IMG/VR virus record: IMGVR_UViG_3300020042_006843
Location: 1-47,553 of that record
Direction: 5' to 3' (one strand)
Length of the DNA: 47,553 bases
Source of the DNA: a virus
Lineage: Duplodnaviria > Caudoviricetes
This document shows, piece by piece, positions 37,068-47,553 of the stretch. A model generated the notes under the pieces. It was not told the origin of the DNA, made no database searches, and saw only the letters and a list, made by a program, of their open reading frames with translations. How positions within the stretch are numbered: the stretch's first letter is position 1; every line of letters starts with the position of its first letter. The translations under genes and the position numbers were made by a program.

Positions 37068-39668
37068 TTACAATGTACTTAAATCTTTTAATCTTGCTTG
37101 ACGTTGTGCGTCTGTGGTCAATTCACTTGATACCACGTATGTTTTTATTATTGTTGGTGATTGGTCTAATATTGGATTAGCCACATTTGGATTGTCATAG
37201 TTTGCTCCACCTACAGCTGAGTTGAATGATGTTCCACCACCCATTTGATTCATCATGCTTAACATAGGTCTAAACATGGTAACCGCTCCCGATGTCATCA
37301 CAGCTTCCCCATTTGATAATCTAACAGGGATACTATCACTTGTTGAACTACCAGGTCCTGTTACAAGACCACCATTTGCGTATCCTTTACCAAGAGATTG
37401 TGCTGAGTTTGCTCCTGCTGGTGAACCTTCACCTCCACCACCTTTCGCAAGGTCTTTTGGACCCATTCCAAATAATGTTTTGAATTGTGATACCGCTGTA
37501 CCAATTGTTCCGATGAATGTTGCAATTGCAATAACGTTTGCGGGGAAAGGTAATTTTGCTGCTTGACCTAATCCTTTTAATTGGTCAGCAATTGCTGATA
37601 TGGTTGTAGCTAATGCAAGTCCTTGTTGAACTTTGATTAACGCCTTACCTGCAGCGGTTTCTTCACCCATTGCAACACCTAAAGCACCAATTGAATCGGC
37701 CAACATCATAACAGCGTCTCTGTTCTTATTTCTTGCTTCAATAATTTGTGCTTCAGTTGCAAGTTCATTCTCCTTAATTGCTAAAGTATATCCATCCTCA
37801 ATTGCTTTCTTTCTATCGTAATAGTTTTGGTCTTTCTCGGTTTTATCTGCGTATAACTTATCAAGGTTATCAAGTTCAGCTTGTTTATCCAACAGAGCTT
37901 GTTCTTTGAACACCTGACTTCTTGCTTTAACCTTTGCAACCTCAGATTGGAATGATATATCAATTGCTTTAAGTTTATTATCTAAACCTAATTTTCTTGT
38001 TTCTCTTTCGTATTGAACCTCATTATATACGTTTTCTCTATTCTTCTTAGCAATCTCTTTATCAACGTTAGCAACATCTTTTGAGTATTGTTGGTTAATT
38101 GCAAGTTTTGCTTTGGCCTTAGCCTCCTCTGACGCCTTTGTCTCATCAATTGCAGCTAGTGCATCATCCCTACGATTCTTTGCCTCTTCCTCCATTCTTA
38201 ACTTGTCATCAGCAATCATGGCGGTCTTCATGTCCCTTGTTTGTTTTGCAAGGTCCTTATCAGCGTCTTCTTGTAATTTCTTTATATTAGCATTAAACTC
38301 TTTAAGTTTTAGTTCATAATTCTTTTGAGTTTCTTTTCTTAATTCTTGTTTTTTCTTATCACTAAACTTAGTTTGATTAATTTCATCAAGTTGATTTTTA
38401 TAATCCTGTTCTAACTTAAGTTTACCTTTTTCATTCTCATCCTTTAAACGTAATAAAGCGTTCTCATTTTGGATGGTGTTTAATCTCTTTTCGTAGTCTT
38501 GGTTTAACTGTGCTGCAGCATCATTCTTTTGTTTGATTTTGTCATTCTCAGTCTTTTTAGCGTCATCCGCCTTTTTCTTTCTATCCGCATCCGCTTGGTT
38601 AATTTCATTATCGGCTTTATCTCTGTAAGCCTTTAATAAAGCTTGTTTGTCAGCCTCAGACTTTGTCTCATCAGCGTTTAATTCAATAACCTTCTTGTTA
38701 TAATCAATATTGGCTTTGATTTTACGTTGAGTAAACTCGTCATATTTGTATCCTTGGGAATCTAATAATTCCTCTTGTCTCTTAACATTCTTTTCTAATT
38801 GTTCTAATGCAGCTTTATCGGCTACCGCTTTGTTATATTCTTCAGTTTTACCTGTAACGAAAGCAAGGGTCTTTGCAAGACCTTCTAAAACAAATGTTAA
38901 AGCCCCACCAATTAAATCAATAATAGGTTGGATTGCTTTACCCAATATATCAAATAGAACACCGAATTTACCAACAGCGTCTTGTAGTGGTTTGAAGGAT
39001 TTGAACGCCTTCATGACAGCTGCTACCAACAAACCAAAAAGAATAACTAAAACACCAATACCTGAAGCTGCAATAGCGTTCTTTAATATTGGGAATTGTT
39101 GTGTTAGACCACCTAAAGCCGACTTAGCGTTCTTTAGACCATCATCAAATGTTTTAAATCCTTGTGCCGCCTTACCAATTGGGCCAGGTAATGAAGCTAA
39201 AGCATCATCAACTTTCTTTGTACCGAATTGAAGGTCTTCTTGTTTCTCAGATAAATCTCTGATACTTGCGGTTAAACTATCGTATTGGTCAGCGTTCGCT
39301 GCGGTTCTATCACCTAATCCTGAAAGTTCAGTTCTTAATACTCTAATCTGTGCTGCGTAAGATTTGGTTTTTTCTTCTGTATTTTTTGTCTTCTTTCCTG
39401 ATTCTTCAGTCTTATTACCTGTATCTTCAATTGCGTCACCAGTTTGTTTAGCTTCCTGTTTTGTACTACCAAACGCCTGTTCTAAAGCTTCAATATCACC
39501 TTTTAATTTGTCAAATTGTTCACCATTCTTTTCAGTCCTTGCACCTAATTGGTCAAGTTGTGCTTTCATGTCAATAATACTCTTATTGAAAACATCAATC
39601 TGTTTTCCGGTCAGTTGAATTTCTTGTCCTTTGACATTAATTTTAATCGTCAGTTCTTTTTGGGCCAT
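37068..39668 (-). CDS. Tape measure protein, copy B
   Basis: 866 aa helical; YANGGLVTGPG..TSDSIP.RLSNGE motif; C-terminus shared with copy A. Confidence 0.85.
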   Translation of the reverse strand: MAQKELTIKINVKGQEIQLTGKQIDVFNKSIIDMKAQLDQLGARTEKNGEQFDKLKGDIEALEQAFGSTKQEAKQTGDAIEDTGNKTEESGKKTKNTEEKTKSYAAQIRVLRTELSGLGDRTAANADQYDSLTASIRDLSEKQEDLQFGTKKVDDALASLPGPIGKAAQGFKTFDDGLKNAKSALGGLTQQFPILKNAIAASGIGVLVILFGLLVAAVMKAFKSFKPLQDAVGKFGVLFDILGKAIQPIIDLIGGALTFVLEGLAKTLAFVTGKTEEYNKAVADKAALEQLEKNVKRQEELLDSQGYKYDEFTQRKIKANIDYNKKVIELNADETKSEADKQALLKAYRDKADNEINQADADRKKKADDAKKTENDKIKQKNDAAAQLNQDYEKRLNTIQNENALLRLKDENEKGKLKLEQDYKNQLDEINQTKFSDKKKQELRKETQKNYELKLKEFNANIKKLQEDADKDLAKQTRDMKTAMIADDKLRMEEEAKNRRDDALAAIDETKASEEAKAKAKLAINQQYSKDVANVDKEIAKKNRENVYNEVQYERETRKLGLDNKLKAIDISFQSEVAKVKARSQVFKEQALLDKQAELDNLDKLYADKTEKDQNYYDRKKAIEDGYTLAIKENELATEAQIIEARNKNRDAVMMLADSIGALGVAMGEETAAGKALIKVQQGLALATTISAIADQLKGLGQAAKLPFPANVIAIATFIGTIGTAVSQFKTLFGMGPKDLAKGGGGEGSPAGANSAQSLGKGYANGGLVTGPGSSTSDSIPVRLSNGEAVMTSGAVTMFRPMLSMMNQMGGGTSFNSAVGGANYDNPNVANPILDQSPTIIKTYVVSSELTTDAQRQARLKDLSTL

Positions 39669-39725
39669 AATCTATATATGTATATATTTTAGTTTATAAT
39701 GGATTGTTATTATAAGTATTATATT

Positions 39726-40634
39726 TTATGGTATTGTACCACTATCAACTGTTAATGCCACTTGTTGTGTTGTTGGTGCATCAATTACATATGTGAATGT
39801 TGTAGCACTTCCTGATGAAGAAGGACATGATGCTGATGAACCATTTCCATTCATGACACATAAAATACTAGTTCCAAATTCTATACTATCATTAGTTGTT
39901 AATCCTGTTATGGTATAGATAAATGAACATGATCCTGGTAGTGTTGTTGCGGTAGCACCTGGTACGTTTATATTACCACCACCATTAACACTATAGAATA
40001 ATGTCAAAGTAGATGGTGTTCCATCTATATCTCTACCATATATTTGTAAATTCTTTGCACTACTTGTTCCTGTTGGCGTTGGACTTGGTGTAGGAGCTGG
40101 TGTAGCTGTCGGACCTGTGGTCGTAGGAGTTGGTGTTGGTGTAGCCGGTGAAGTTATAACAACGTTAACACTTATACAAACAGGTATTACTACCTTTTTT
40201 CCTATAAATCTAAATTCCAAATAATATGTTCCTGATGTAAATCCTGTACTTGAAAGACCCATGTTAGTTGCTGAAATATTAAATGATGTTGAGGTACCTG
40301 AATAAATTTGATTACCTGTTACAGCGTTCCTATCGACATATATACACCTCCATGGTTTATAATAATCTTGACCTGGCGCTAACATGTGTACAGAAAACAC
40401 ATGTAAAAATCCTTGTTCATCAATGAATTTTTCAGCGTTATTATAATTCATAGAATAACTAGAATTAAATATCATATTACTCGTTGTTGCGGTATATGAA
40501 TTAATTGCTGCCGTACACCCTGTCATGTAATTATCATTAATATCATGTATAATTTCAACATCATATTGTGATCTATCATTATTTGGATAAATGAAATTTG
40601 TGTCTTCTCTTTGACTTATATATTTTCTGCTCAT
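39726..40634 (-). CDS. Virion appendage protein: anchor, Pro/Thr linker, variable domain (copy B)
   Basis: Paralog of 6612-7604 with a different C-terminal domain; TATATTTA 5 nt upstream (40640-40647). Confidence 0.65.
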   Translation of the reverse strand: MSRKYISQREDTNFIYPNNDRSQYDVEIIHDINDNYMTGCTAAINSYTATTSNMIFNSSYSMNYNNAEKFIDEQGFLHVFSVHMLAPGQDYYKPWRCIYVDRNAVTGNQIYSGTSTSFNISATNMGLSSTGFTSGTYYLEFRFIGKKVVIPVCISVNVVITSPATPTPTPTTTGPTATPAPTPSPTPTGTSSAKNLQIYGRDIDGTPSTLTLFYSVNGGGNINVPGATATTLPGSCSFIYTITGLTTNDSIEFGTSILCVMNGNGSSASCPSSSGSATTFTYVIDAPTTQQVALTVDSGTIP

Positions 40635-40654
40635 ATTATTAAATATAGTTTTTT

Positions 40655-43600
40655 TTAAGGTATTGCAATATAAAGTTCTACTTTATAAACATCCCCATAA
40701 TTAATTGGTGATGGTGTAGGTGCATCATAAGACCTATCAATGCCACCAGGACAGATTGCCATCGGTGGAGGTGATGATAGTGGAAATGAATCGTATGTGT
40801 GAAATAATACATTATTTTTATAAAATTTCATTGACCAATTCCATCCATTCCATGCGGTATTGTTATCACATACTATAAAACGCGCTGATACAGCATTTTG
40901 ACCGATAAAGGACCCTAATCCATTTTGTGTACCTAAATCCTCAATGAAATTTTTAGTATCACTATAGAAGTCAGGAAATTCTATTCTATTAGGACGAGGT
41001 AAATTCGCACCTATTTGTAAAGATCTAAAGTTTAAATCCGCCGCACCTGTCCCTGTACCAATAACAACATATTGATATGTAGGTAAAACACCGACTGTTG
41101 CAGTTGGAGTAGGTGCTGGTGTAGACGTAGGTATTACCGTTGCCGTTGGTGCAACTGTTGGTAATGGTGTTGCTGTTGGTGATGGTGGTAATGTAGGTAA
41201 TGGAGTTGGTATAAACGTTGTCGCTGTTGGTAGAGGCGTAGCTGTTGGACCAGTACCTGTTGGAGTCGGAGTTGGTGTACCAGTTGTAGTAGGACTCGGA
41301 GTTGGTGTAGCCGTTCCTGTTGAACTTGGTGTAGGTGTTGGACCAGTACCTGTTGGAGTCGGAGTCGGAGTTGATGTTGCACTCATTGTCGGAGTAGGGC
41401 TTGGTGTAGCCGTCATCGTCGGAGTTGGTGTAGGAGGACATGTTGGTAATGGTACATTACTTGTTTCAACATAAACCAAATACTCAAACTTATAAGCGTC
41501 AGGTCTACAATCAATTGTAATGTCCTGATTAAAACAATTCATTGAACTTGATAGGTTACTTCTACAATAAATTTGAGTTTCGTAAATTCCATTATTACCA
41601 TCAACATCATCTGTTGTGTAATCTCTACGTATAATGTTAACATATGTATAACGTGTTGAAGTGAATGGTTGAACACATGTTTCTAATGTTTGACCTGTAA
41701 AGATATTCCTGATGAATAAATTCTCACAGTCTGCATATTGAAACTCTACATTTTCTTCTTCGCTACTATTATTAATTCTAAATTGAACATATGTTTGTGG
41801 TGTATTGGCTGTTGGGTCATATTCATTATATGTTAATATTAATGAACCACCAGGTCCTGCATTTGGTTGAGGGTAAGGGTCATATGGTGCTGGTAAGTCA
41901 GCAACTTTACATTCTTCACATGTATCATATGGACCACCAAAAATTAAAATATTATTAACATTATATGTGTCAGTTGTTTCTTCAATTGCTTCCCAACACT
42001 GAGTTGTGTCAAACTGTTCATCAAACCATTTTGATAATCTATAGAATTTACCGATTGCAACCTCAATATAAGCGTACATCTCAAATACTTGTATATCAGT
42101 TGGGTCATCACAATTTTTAAATCTAAATCTTGGTATTGGTGGTTGTGTTGGTGCAGCGGTTAATGTCACATTATTTGTTGTACATAATCCTGTAAATGTT
42201 GGACAATTAACAGCAGCATTAAAGAATATCTTATTGTAAGGTGAATTATTTGATTGAACAAATAAATTACCTGCGGTTTGATTTATATCACCTTCTGGAC
42301 CATAATCTATTTGGTCAACAAAGTATCTATTGTTTACGTCGTATTGATGAGGTATTTTAAAATAATTAGCCCAAACATCTTCGGCTACTTCCGAAATATT
42401 ATAAGCCCATCTTTGAAGAGTACCAGGATTTACAAATGAAGCGGTAAAACCACTTGCACTTCCACCTAAAGCACCAATCATGTAGTCATAGAAAATACTC
42501 CAATAGAAATAAGTTCTTCTAATTCCTGTTAATTTTTCACCGTTGTATAAATTACCTGTTAGATTATCTTCACCATTATAATAAGTTTTGAATTTATATA
42601 CATCATTACTACCACAATACTGATAGAAGAAATATCTTTCAGGATATTCTTTTGGTGCTACAGTTGTTTGAACAAGTTCTACTTTGGTTAATTCTTGATT
42701 TGTTAAATTAAACCCATCAAGTTTATTCATGTAGAAATATTGTTCCTGTATTTTAATAATATCATTTGGTTTTAAGTTCTTAACATCGGATAATTTTAAA
42801 TCAAAATTACCATTTAAGAATCTTGTGTTCTTATCGTATATATTATCAATTCTTGTTGAATAGAATGTACTATATGCATCATTCTTTGTGTAAGCTGAGA
42901 ATGTGGATATACCATCACCCAAGTTAGCCATCTCCTCTGAATTAAATAAAATTGATAAACTATCGTTAGTGATTTTATTTTCATCAGGATTACCAATTGG
43001 TAGCGTGTGACTCACCATGGGACACAAAAATGGACCGTAAGCTATCGACTGAAGGTTTACACCATTTGAAGGAGAAAGTCTAAAGAAGAAGGTATTAACG
43101 TTACTTGTGGTATATACTTCATTAATTGAATCCAAGAAAGGTGAGAAATTACCCAAGTTAAACATCAATTTTGGTTTAGATTTTAATCCTTTGTATAAAC
43201 TAACAACTGTTTCATTATCACCAACCTTTTCTGTTTGTGATGATTGTGCGTAGTTTACCCCTAATGGAAGTTTAATTCTTGAATCCCATTTACGAATAAT
43301 CTCAGGTGAGAATATGGTGTCAATTTTTTTCTCTTGTGACTTGAAGGCGGTAGAACCATAATAGTTCTTCTGTCCGTATATTCTATTATTTCTATCTTTA
43401 AATTGTTTATTACCATCATCACCATCCTCTTGGTCTGTTAACAATATCTCACTTTCAATATAGTTAATTGCTGGCTCAACAGTAAATCCTTTATCAAAGG
43501 ACATCTTATCTGTCCAATCAATAATATTACCTGTACCAATATAAAAATCATATGGTTCAACAATAATTTCAAATGGGTCGTTAGGATTGGGAACAAATAC

Positions 43601-45322
43601 CAAGTTAAATTTCTTTGCAAGAGATGATAGGAAATCAATTTGTTTAATCTTATCATCCATGACAGTACTAAAATTCACATATTCACCTTCTTCAAAAGCA
43701 ACCTCTGTGTTTGGTGTTCTTGGTTGGTATCTTAATTGTTGTCCTGAGATGGTTACATTACTTGTAGTTTTTCTATAATTTCTTCCTGCTGAGAATTGAA
43801 ATGATACACCATATGTTCCACCTGTAATAGTGAAATCATTATAAAAATTTGTACCAAACAAATTTGACCTTGTATTAAATGTAACTTTAATATCTTGATT
43901 ACAAACACATGGAGTACCAGTACCTTTCTTAACAACGTAAGCTTTGATTGTTCTATTTGCTTCTAATTTTGGTAGAACGTCTACGTTATCAATTGTTAGT
44001 GTTTCCGCCTTATTGAACTTGAATGAGAATTTAGTTGCTTGTGAACTAAAATACCCATACATGTACAATAATTTAAACCATGCTGAATTTAGGAATTGTG
44101 ATTTAATTCTATATCCGTATGAGTTAAATAATAATTGAGTTAATCCCCAAATGTTAAGTGCTGGTTTTAATTGGTTATCTAATATTGGATTTACAGGTGA
44201 GTTGATAAAATAATTCTTACCACCACTACTATAGAAGTTTGCAACACTTGAAAATGTACCAACGTTTGTTGATGTAAATAATCTTGTTGAACCACTTGTA
44301 GCACCACTAACATCGACTACCGCTCTACTTTGACTATCTCCTGTATAATTGTAACCATTATGTACAACAGGGTACATCCAAAGAGATGGTACTTCATATT
44401 GTGATTGAAGACCATTCTGTGACCATGTCGAAGCTATGTTCCACATGTTAAAGTAGTGATTGAAGTGATAATCGGTATCATCATAATTCAAATCTTTCAT
44501 TACATTATTTCCAATCTTTGCAAATAAATCCGACACATTTGAAAATAACGTAATGTCATATTCTACCTTACTATTTAAAACTGAAACCTTATTAAGTTTC
44601 ATGTAACCTGTGAAATAAGCTTCATCATCGATTAATACCGAACATGGAACCCTTTTGGTTACGTCGAAGTATAACGTTGAACTATCAACATTATAGAAGT
44701 TTTCAAAGAATCTATTGTTCTTTTTTGAACCAGGTAAACTTAATCCGATTGAATAATCAGCATTCTTTTTACCAATATCTTGTAGTTCCGCAAATGACTT
44801 ATTAATTTTAATTGGAACATCTCCGTATAAATCTAAAAAGTCATATTGGTTAACTGTGTAATTGTTTGTTTGGTCTTGTGGAACCATGTAAAAATTCAAC
44901 GATGTTCCTGTTATATTAAATGTAAACGCGTTAAATTGTACCGTATCACCATCATTTAGTAATACTGTTCCGTCAATGACTCTTTGTCCATACTCTTCAA
45001 ATCCACTAATATTAGTTTGTGAATCATCAGGGTATGTGATATTCATGTCTACATAATAACGATCGTATGCTGTGCCTGTACCTGTAAAACCTGTGGTTCC
45101 ACTAATTGAATAGTAGAATAAACTTGTTCCTCCTGTGTTGGTAAGTGTTACATTCCATGTGGCTCCTGATGTGATTCCTGTGTATGGACTAACCTCAGTA
45201 CCACTACCACCAAATGATGTACCTCCGATAGTTACAACTGATAATGTAGTTTCACCAGTTACGGTAAGACTTGAAGGTATATTTGTTTGTACTCTTAATA
45301 CAGTTTGTTGTTTTGTTGACAT
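40655..45322 (-). CDS. Large tail-tip protein, copy B (fusion of two copy A genes)
   Basis: N-terminal ~1060 aa match 9381-12938. The segment [13 protein letters not shown]...AY.FEY plus PT tract matches the N-terminus of 7612-9363. Confidence 0.7.
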   Translation of the reverse strand: MSTKQQTVLRVQTNIPSSLTVTGETTLSVVTIGGTSFGGSGTEVSPYTGITSGATWNVTLTNTGGTSLFYYSISGTTGFTGTGTAYDRYYVDMNITYPDDSQTNISGFEEYGQRVIDGTVLLNDGDTVQFNAFTFNITGTSLNFYMVPQDQTNNYTVNQYDFLDLYGDVPIKINKSFAELQDIGKKNADYSIGLSLPGSKKNNRFFENFYNVDSSTLYFDVTKRVPCSVLIDDEAYFTGYMKLNKVSVLNSKVEYDITLFSNVSDLFAKIGNNVMKDLNYDDTDYHFNHYFNMWNIASTWSQNGLQSQYEVPSLWMYPVVHNGYNYTGDSQSRAVVDVSGATSGSTRLFTSTNVGTFSSVANFYSSGGKNYFINSPVNPILDNQLKPALNIWGLTQLLFNSYGYRIKSQFLNSAWFKLLYMYGYFSSQATKFSFKFNKAETLTIDNVDVLPKLEANRTIKAYVVKKGTGTPCVCNQDIKVTFNTRSNLFGTNFYNDFTITGGTYGVSFQFSAGRNYRKTTSNVTISGQQLRYQPRTPNTEVAFEEGEYVNFSTVMDDKIKQIDFLSSLAKKFNLVFVPNPNDPFEIIVEPYDFYIGTGNIIDWTDKMSFDKGFTVEPAINYIESEILLTDQEDGDDGNKQFKDRNNRIYGQKNYYGSTAFKSQEKKIDTIFSPEIIRKWDSRIKLPLGVNYAQSSQTEKVGDNETVVSLYKGLKSKPKLMFNLGNFSPFLDSINEVYTTSNVNTFFFRLSPSNGVNLQSIAYGPFLCPMVSHTLPIGNPDENKITNDSLSILFNSEEMANLGDGISTFSAYTKNDAYSTFYSTRIDNIYDKNTRFLNGNFDLKLSDVKNLKPNDIIKIQEQYFYMNKLDGFNLTNQELTKVELVQTTVAPKEYPERYFFYQYCGSNDVYKFKTYYNGEDNLTGNLYNGEKLTGIRRTYFYWSIFYDYMIGALGGSASGFTASFVNPGTLQRWAYNISEVAEDVWANYFKIPHQYDVNNRYFVDQIDYGPEGDINQTAGNLFVQSNNSPYNKIFFNAAVNCPTFTGLCTTNNVTLTAAPTQPPIPRFRFKNCDDPTDIQVFEMYAYIEVAIGKFYRLSKWFDEQFDTTQCWEAIEETTDTYNVNNILIFGGPYDTCEECKVADLPAPYDPYPQPNAGPGGSLILTYNEYDPTANTPQTYVQFRINNSSEEENVEFQYADCENLFIRNIFTGQTLETCVQPFTSTRYTYVNIIRRDYTTDDVDGNNGIYETQIYCRSNLSSSMNCFNQDITIDCRPDAYKFEYLVYVETSNVPLPTCPPTPTPTMTATPSPTPTMSATSTPTPTPTGTGPTPTPSSTGTATPTPSPTTTGTPTPTPTGTGPTATPLPTATTFIPTPLPTLPPSPTATPLPTVAPTATVIPTSTPAPTPTATVGVLPTYQYVVIGTGTGAADLNFRSLQIGANLPRPNRIEFPDFYSDTKNFIEDLGTQNGLGSFIGQNAVSARFIVCDNNTAWNGWNWSMKFYKNNVLFHTYDSFPLSSPPPMAICPGGIDRSYDAPTPSPINYGDVYKVELYIAIP

Positions 45323-45325
45323 AAA

Positions 45326-46906
45326 TTAGAAACCTTTTGATACAAAGAAACTATCCGCTCTCTTGAATGTTATTCTGTATTTGTTTAATTTTTTGTGTTT
45401 TTTTGTTATTGTATCTACCTCTGTTGATACCACTTGTAAAGGTCTTAAGTCTTTATAAATTTTATCTTGTCTGTCCATCGGTGATACAAAATCAGGTCTC
45501 ATCTCATATACTTGAGGTGACATGAATAATTGTTGCAACCATTCTCCTGTTTCAACATTGATGTAATCAGATTCTACCACAATTTCTTGGGTAACATCCG
45601 TATCAAATGTTTTAACTGTTCTGGCGTAATCTCTGTCAGGACTAGACAAATTGGTAGCATAATATCTACTATCATATGTCTGTCTTGTTATTTTTTTACT
45701 GTCTTGTCTAAACGCTGTGAATGTAAAATAATCAAATCCACCACGCATGTTTAAGAAACCAACTCTGAAATCTTCAGGACCACAATTCTGATTTACATAG
45801 AAATAGAATCTTTCTGAACATGGTCCGACTGGTCCTATTACTTGTCTATTGGTATTTGGTGATGGGAAAGAATAGTATAATTGAACTGTGTAATAAGCTA
45901 CTTGATTAAAATCCACATCAGCATATATATTACTAATATCAACAGGTCCACATGGTAAACCAAATACCTGTAAAGTATCTGTATAACCTGTTGGTGATTG
46001 GTATATAGTTCCTGTTTTATTTATTTCTAAATTAAATTGTGAAATTAAACTATTATTTTCATCATAAAATTCAAATCTTGCATAGTCTGCCTCTATCACT
46101 TGTCTATCTCCTGTTTGTCCGTTTAACAAATATAATTCATAATTTTCGTTGGATTGTATAGAAAGGATACGAGGAGAATCTGTTAAGAATCTTGATGTTT
46201 CACTTTCTTCAGGTACCATAGGAAAATCCAAAAGGAATTGTCCCATAGGTGATAGTCTTCTATTAACATCAACTGTGTTAATTGTTAATCCTGTTCCTAC
46301 TACCGTTCCAATCTCTTGGTCAAAATTCCTCAATAGATACTTCTCATCCAATTGGAAAGCACCACCCACATAGTTAAAATATTCCCCTGTGTTGGTAAAT
46401 CCTGATGGAACGAAAGAAGTATCACCATAACATGTTGGAACGTCTGTATAGTGGTCAAAATCGTTTGTAGGTGCGTCTGTATATTCTGTTATTACACTTG
46501 AACCTACGGAGTATCTATATCCATATTTAAAGTTTGCTTTAATACTGTTTGGATATGGATTATTAATGTTGATTGTATCATTAGTTGCATCCCAATCATT
46601 TAACCAATAATATCCATAGTGTTGTGATTGGACATAGTTTGACAAGTAATCATATGGTCTAATGTTAAATCTGTACGTAAAGAACGCACCATACTGTGTT
46701 ACCGAATATGGTACAACAGACATTCTTCCTACCTTACTATCGTCAACATACATGTCAACATCAAGTTCCATGGATGATTGATAGGAGAAACCTTGCATCA
46801 CTACTTCGTATGTTGCACCTCTTTGATAAATCATGTCGGTACTTCTACGAATTTGAGTATTACTGTTTAATCCGTTTGCGTATTGTGATATATATTCAAA
46901 ACTCAT
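45326..46906 (-). CDS. Tail structural protein, copy B
   Basis: Paralog of 12942-14555. Confidence 0.65.
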   Translation of the reverse strand: MSFEYISQYANGLNSNTQIRRSTDMIYQRGATYEVVMQGFSYQSSMELDVDMYVDDSKVGRMSVVPYSVTQYGAFFTYRFNIRPYDYLSNYVQSQHYGYYWLNDWDATNDTININNPYPNSIKANFKYGYRYSVGSSVITEYTDAPTNDFDHYTDVPTCYGDTSFVPSGFTNTGEYFNYVGGAFQLDEKYLLRNFDQEIGTVVGTGLTINTVDVNRRLSPMGQFLLDFPMVPEESETSRFLTDSPRILSIQSNENYELYLLNGQTGDRQVIEADYARFEFYDENNSLISQFNLEINKTGTIYQSPTGYTDTLQVFGLPCGPVDISNIYADVDFNQVAYYTVQLYYSFPSPNTNRQVIGPVGPCSERFYFYVNQNCGPEDFRVGFLNMRGGFDYFTFTAFRQDSKKITRQTYDSRYYATNLSSPDRDYARTVKTFDTDVTQEIVVESDYINVETGEWLQQLFMSPQVYEMRPDFVSPMDRQDKIYKDLRPLQVVSTEVDTITKKHKKLNKYRITFKRADSFFVSKGF

Positions 46907-46908
46907 AT

Positions 46909-47391
46909 TTAAATTCCTTGAAATTTATTTATTAAATCCTCTACCGTCATGTCGACAAGTAGATTTTCTAAATCTTTATTTTTATATAATTCTTCAATTG
47001 CGTAGTCCATCCATCCAAAAGGAAGTGCTGGTATCCCTACGTTCTTGATATTTTTACTTATTATAATTGCCATGGTCTTTGTTGACATGGCCTTTCCATC
47101 TTTATCTTTCCAACTTAATCCTCTTGCTTTCACCCATTCTTCTAATGGTTTGATTGGAACATATTTTCCTGGATTTCTACCCTTGTTAACAGATTTACCA
47201 TAACTATTCATGAAAATAAAGATTCCGTCTTTCGATGGTATAGCTTCAATACTATCATACAAAGAACGACTAGCAACTTTATCACTCTCACCACCAACTG
47301 AATTTGGACCTATTCCAAATCTATATTGTGGTTCGTATAACGCCTTCTTAAAGGTATCTTGAACAATCTGTGCTATCTTTTCTAAGTCCAT
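46909..47391 (-). CDS. Putative neck/tail-completion protein, copy B
   Basis: VASRSLYDSI, KGRNPGK..PIKPLEEWVKARG; paralog of 14557-15096. Confidence 0.5.
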   Translation of the reverse strand: MDLEKIAQIVQDTFKKALYEPQYRFGIGPNSVGGESDKVASRSLYDSIEAIPSKDGIFIFMNSYGKSVNKGRNPGKYVPIKPLEEWVKARGLSWKDKDGKAMSTKTMAIIISKNIKNVGIPALPFGWMDYAIEELYKNKDLENLLVDMTVEDLINKFQGI

Positions 47392-47553
47392 GTTATGATG
47401 GGTTTATAATTAAGTAAGCAACTGTGTCTGCGTCTCCGTTATGTGAGGAACCTATTGTAAAAGTACCTGAACCTTTTGATGTAATTGAAACAGATGCGTG
47501 ATTAGTTAAGGTTTGTTTGGTTAAGAATATTAAACTATTTGTTGTAACCAAAC
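47383..47553. repeat. 171-bp exact direct repeat, second copy (= 15088-15258), running to the window end
   Basis: Identical sequence. Confidence 0.95.
47393..47553 (-). CDS. 3' end of the fibre gene (identical to 15098-15258), truncated
   Basis: Encodes ...LVTTNSLIFLTKQTLTNHASVSITSKGSGTFTIGSSHNGDADTVAYLIINPS*. Confidence 0.85.
   Translation of the reverse strand, partial: LVTTNSLIFLTKQTLTNHASVSITSKGSGTFTIGSSHNGDADTVAYLIINPS

Noticed and set aside
41025-41441. Alternate-frame ORFs over PT tracts (also 6925-7161, 41134-41382)
   Set aside because: Stop-free frames are expected from ACN-CCN repeats.
47383-47553. Simple terminal redundancy of a 47.5-kb genome, or attL/attR
   Set aside because: The window end matches an internal site, not base 1. 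There is no integrase or host gene, and the left flank is phage structural DNA.
1-47553. Stop-codon reassignment, tRNA or rRNA genes, introns/inteins
   Set aside because: Genes tile densely under code 11 with TAA, TAG and TGA all used as stops. Intergenic gaps are short with no cloverleaf seen, and terL has normal length.
1-47553. Gene transfer agent or contractile injection system
   Set aside because: No sheath or wedge genes and no host context; an initiator with iterons and an HNH point to a replicating phage-like element.

Overview
AT-rich tailed-phage DNA with siphovirus-like gene content, almost all on the minus strand. The host is probably a Bacteroidota member, judged from TAnnTTTG/TTTG promoters and the lack of Shine-Dalgarno sites. 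The window holds two collinear but strongly diverged copies of a virion block (neck/tail completion, tail-tip genes, tape measure, prohead protease, scaffold, major capsid, major tail): copy A at 1-15096 and copy B at 32535-47391. Between them lie single copies of the fibre, tail terminator, tail chaperone, terminases, a glycosyl/methyltransferase cluster, a sigma-like factor, HNH, replication initiator, portal and adaptor. The last 171 bp (47383-47553) are identical to 15088-15258. So 15088-47382 closes into a 32,295-bp circular unit, and copy A joins it three codons into the neck gene. This is either a natural module swap or tandem of related genomes, or a lasso-shaped assembly chimera. The unit has no recognisable endolysin, integrase, polymerase, helicase or recombinase. 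Other signals: a -1 frameshift in the tail chaperone, a circularly permuted protease carrying passenger modules, a KATATTTA motif 5-6 nt before late start codons, 11-bp iterons in the initiator gene, a repeat-flanked gene cassette, a candidate hairpin sRNA, and variable tip domains on Pro/Thr stalks. All functional calls come from motif recognition by eye, with no database searches.
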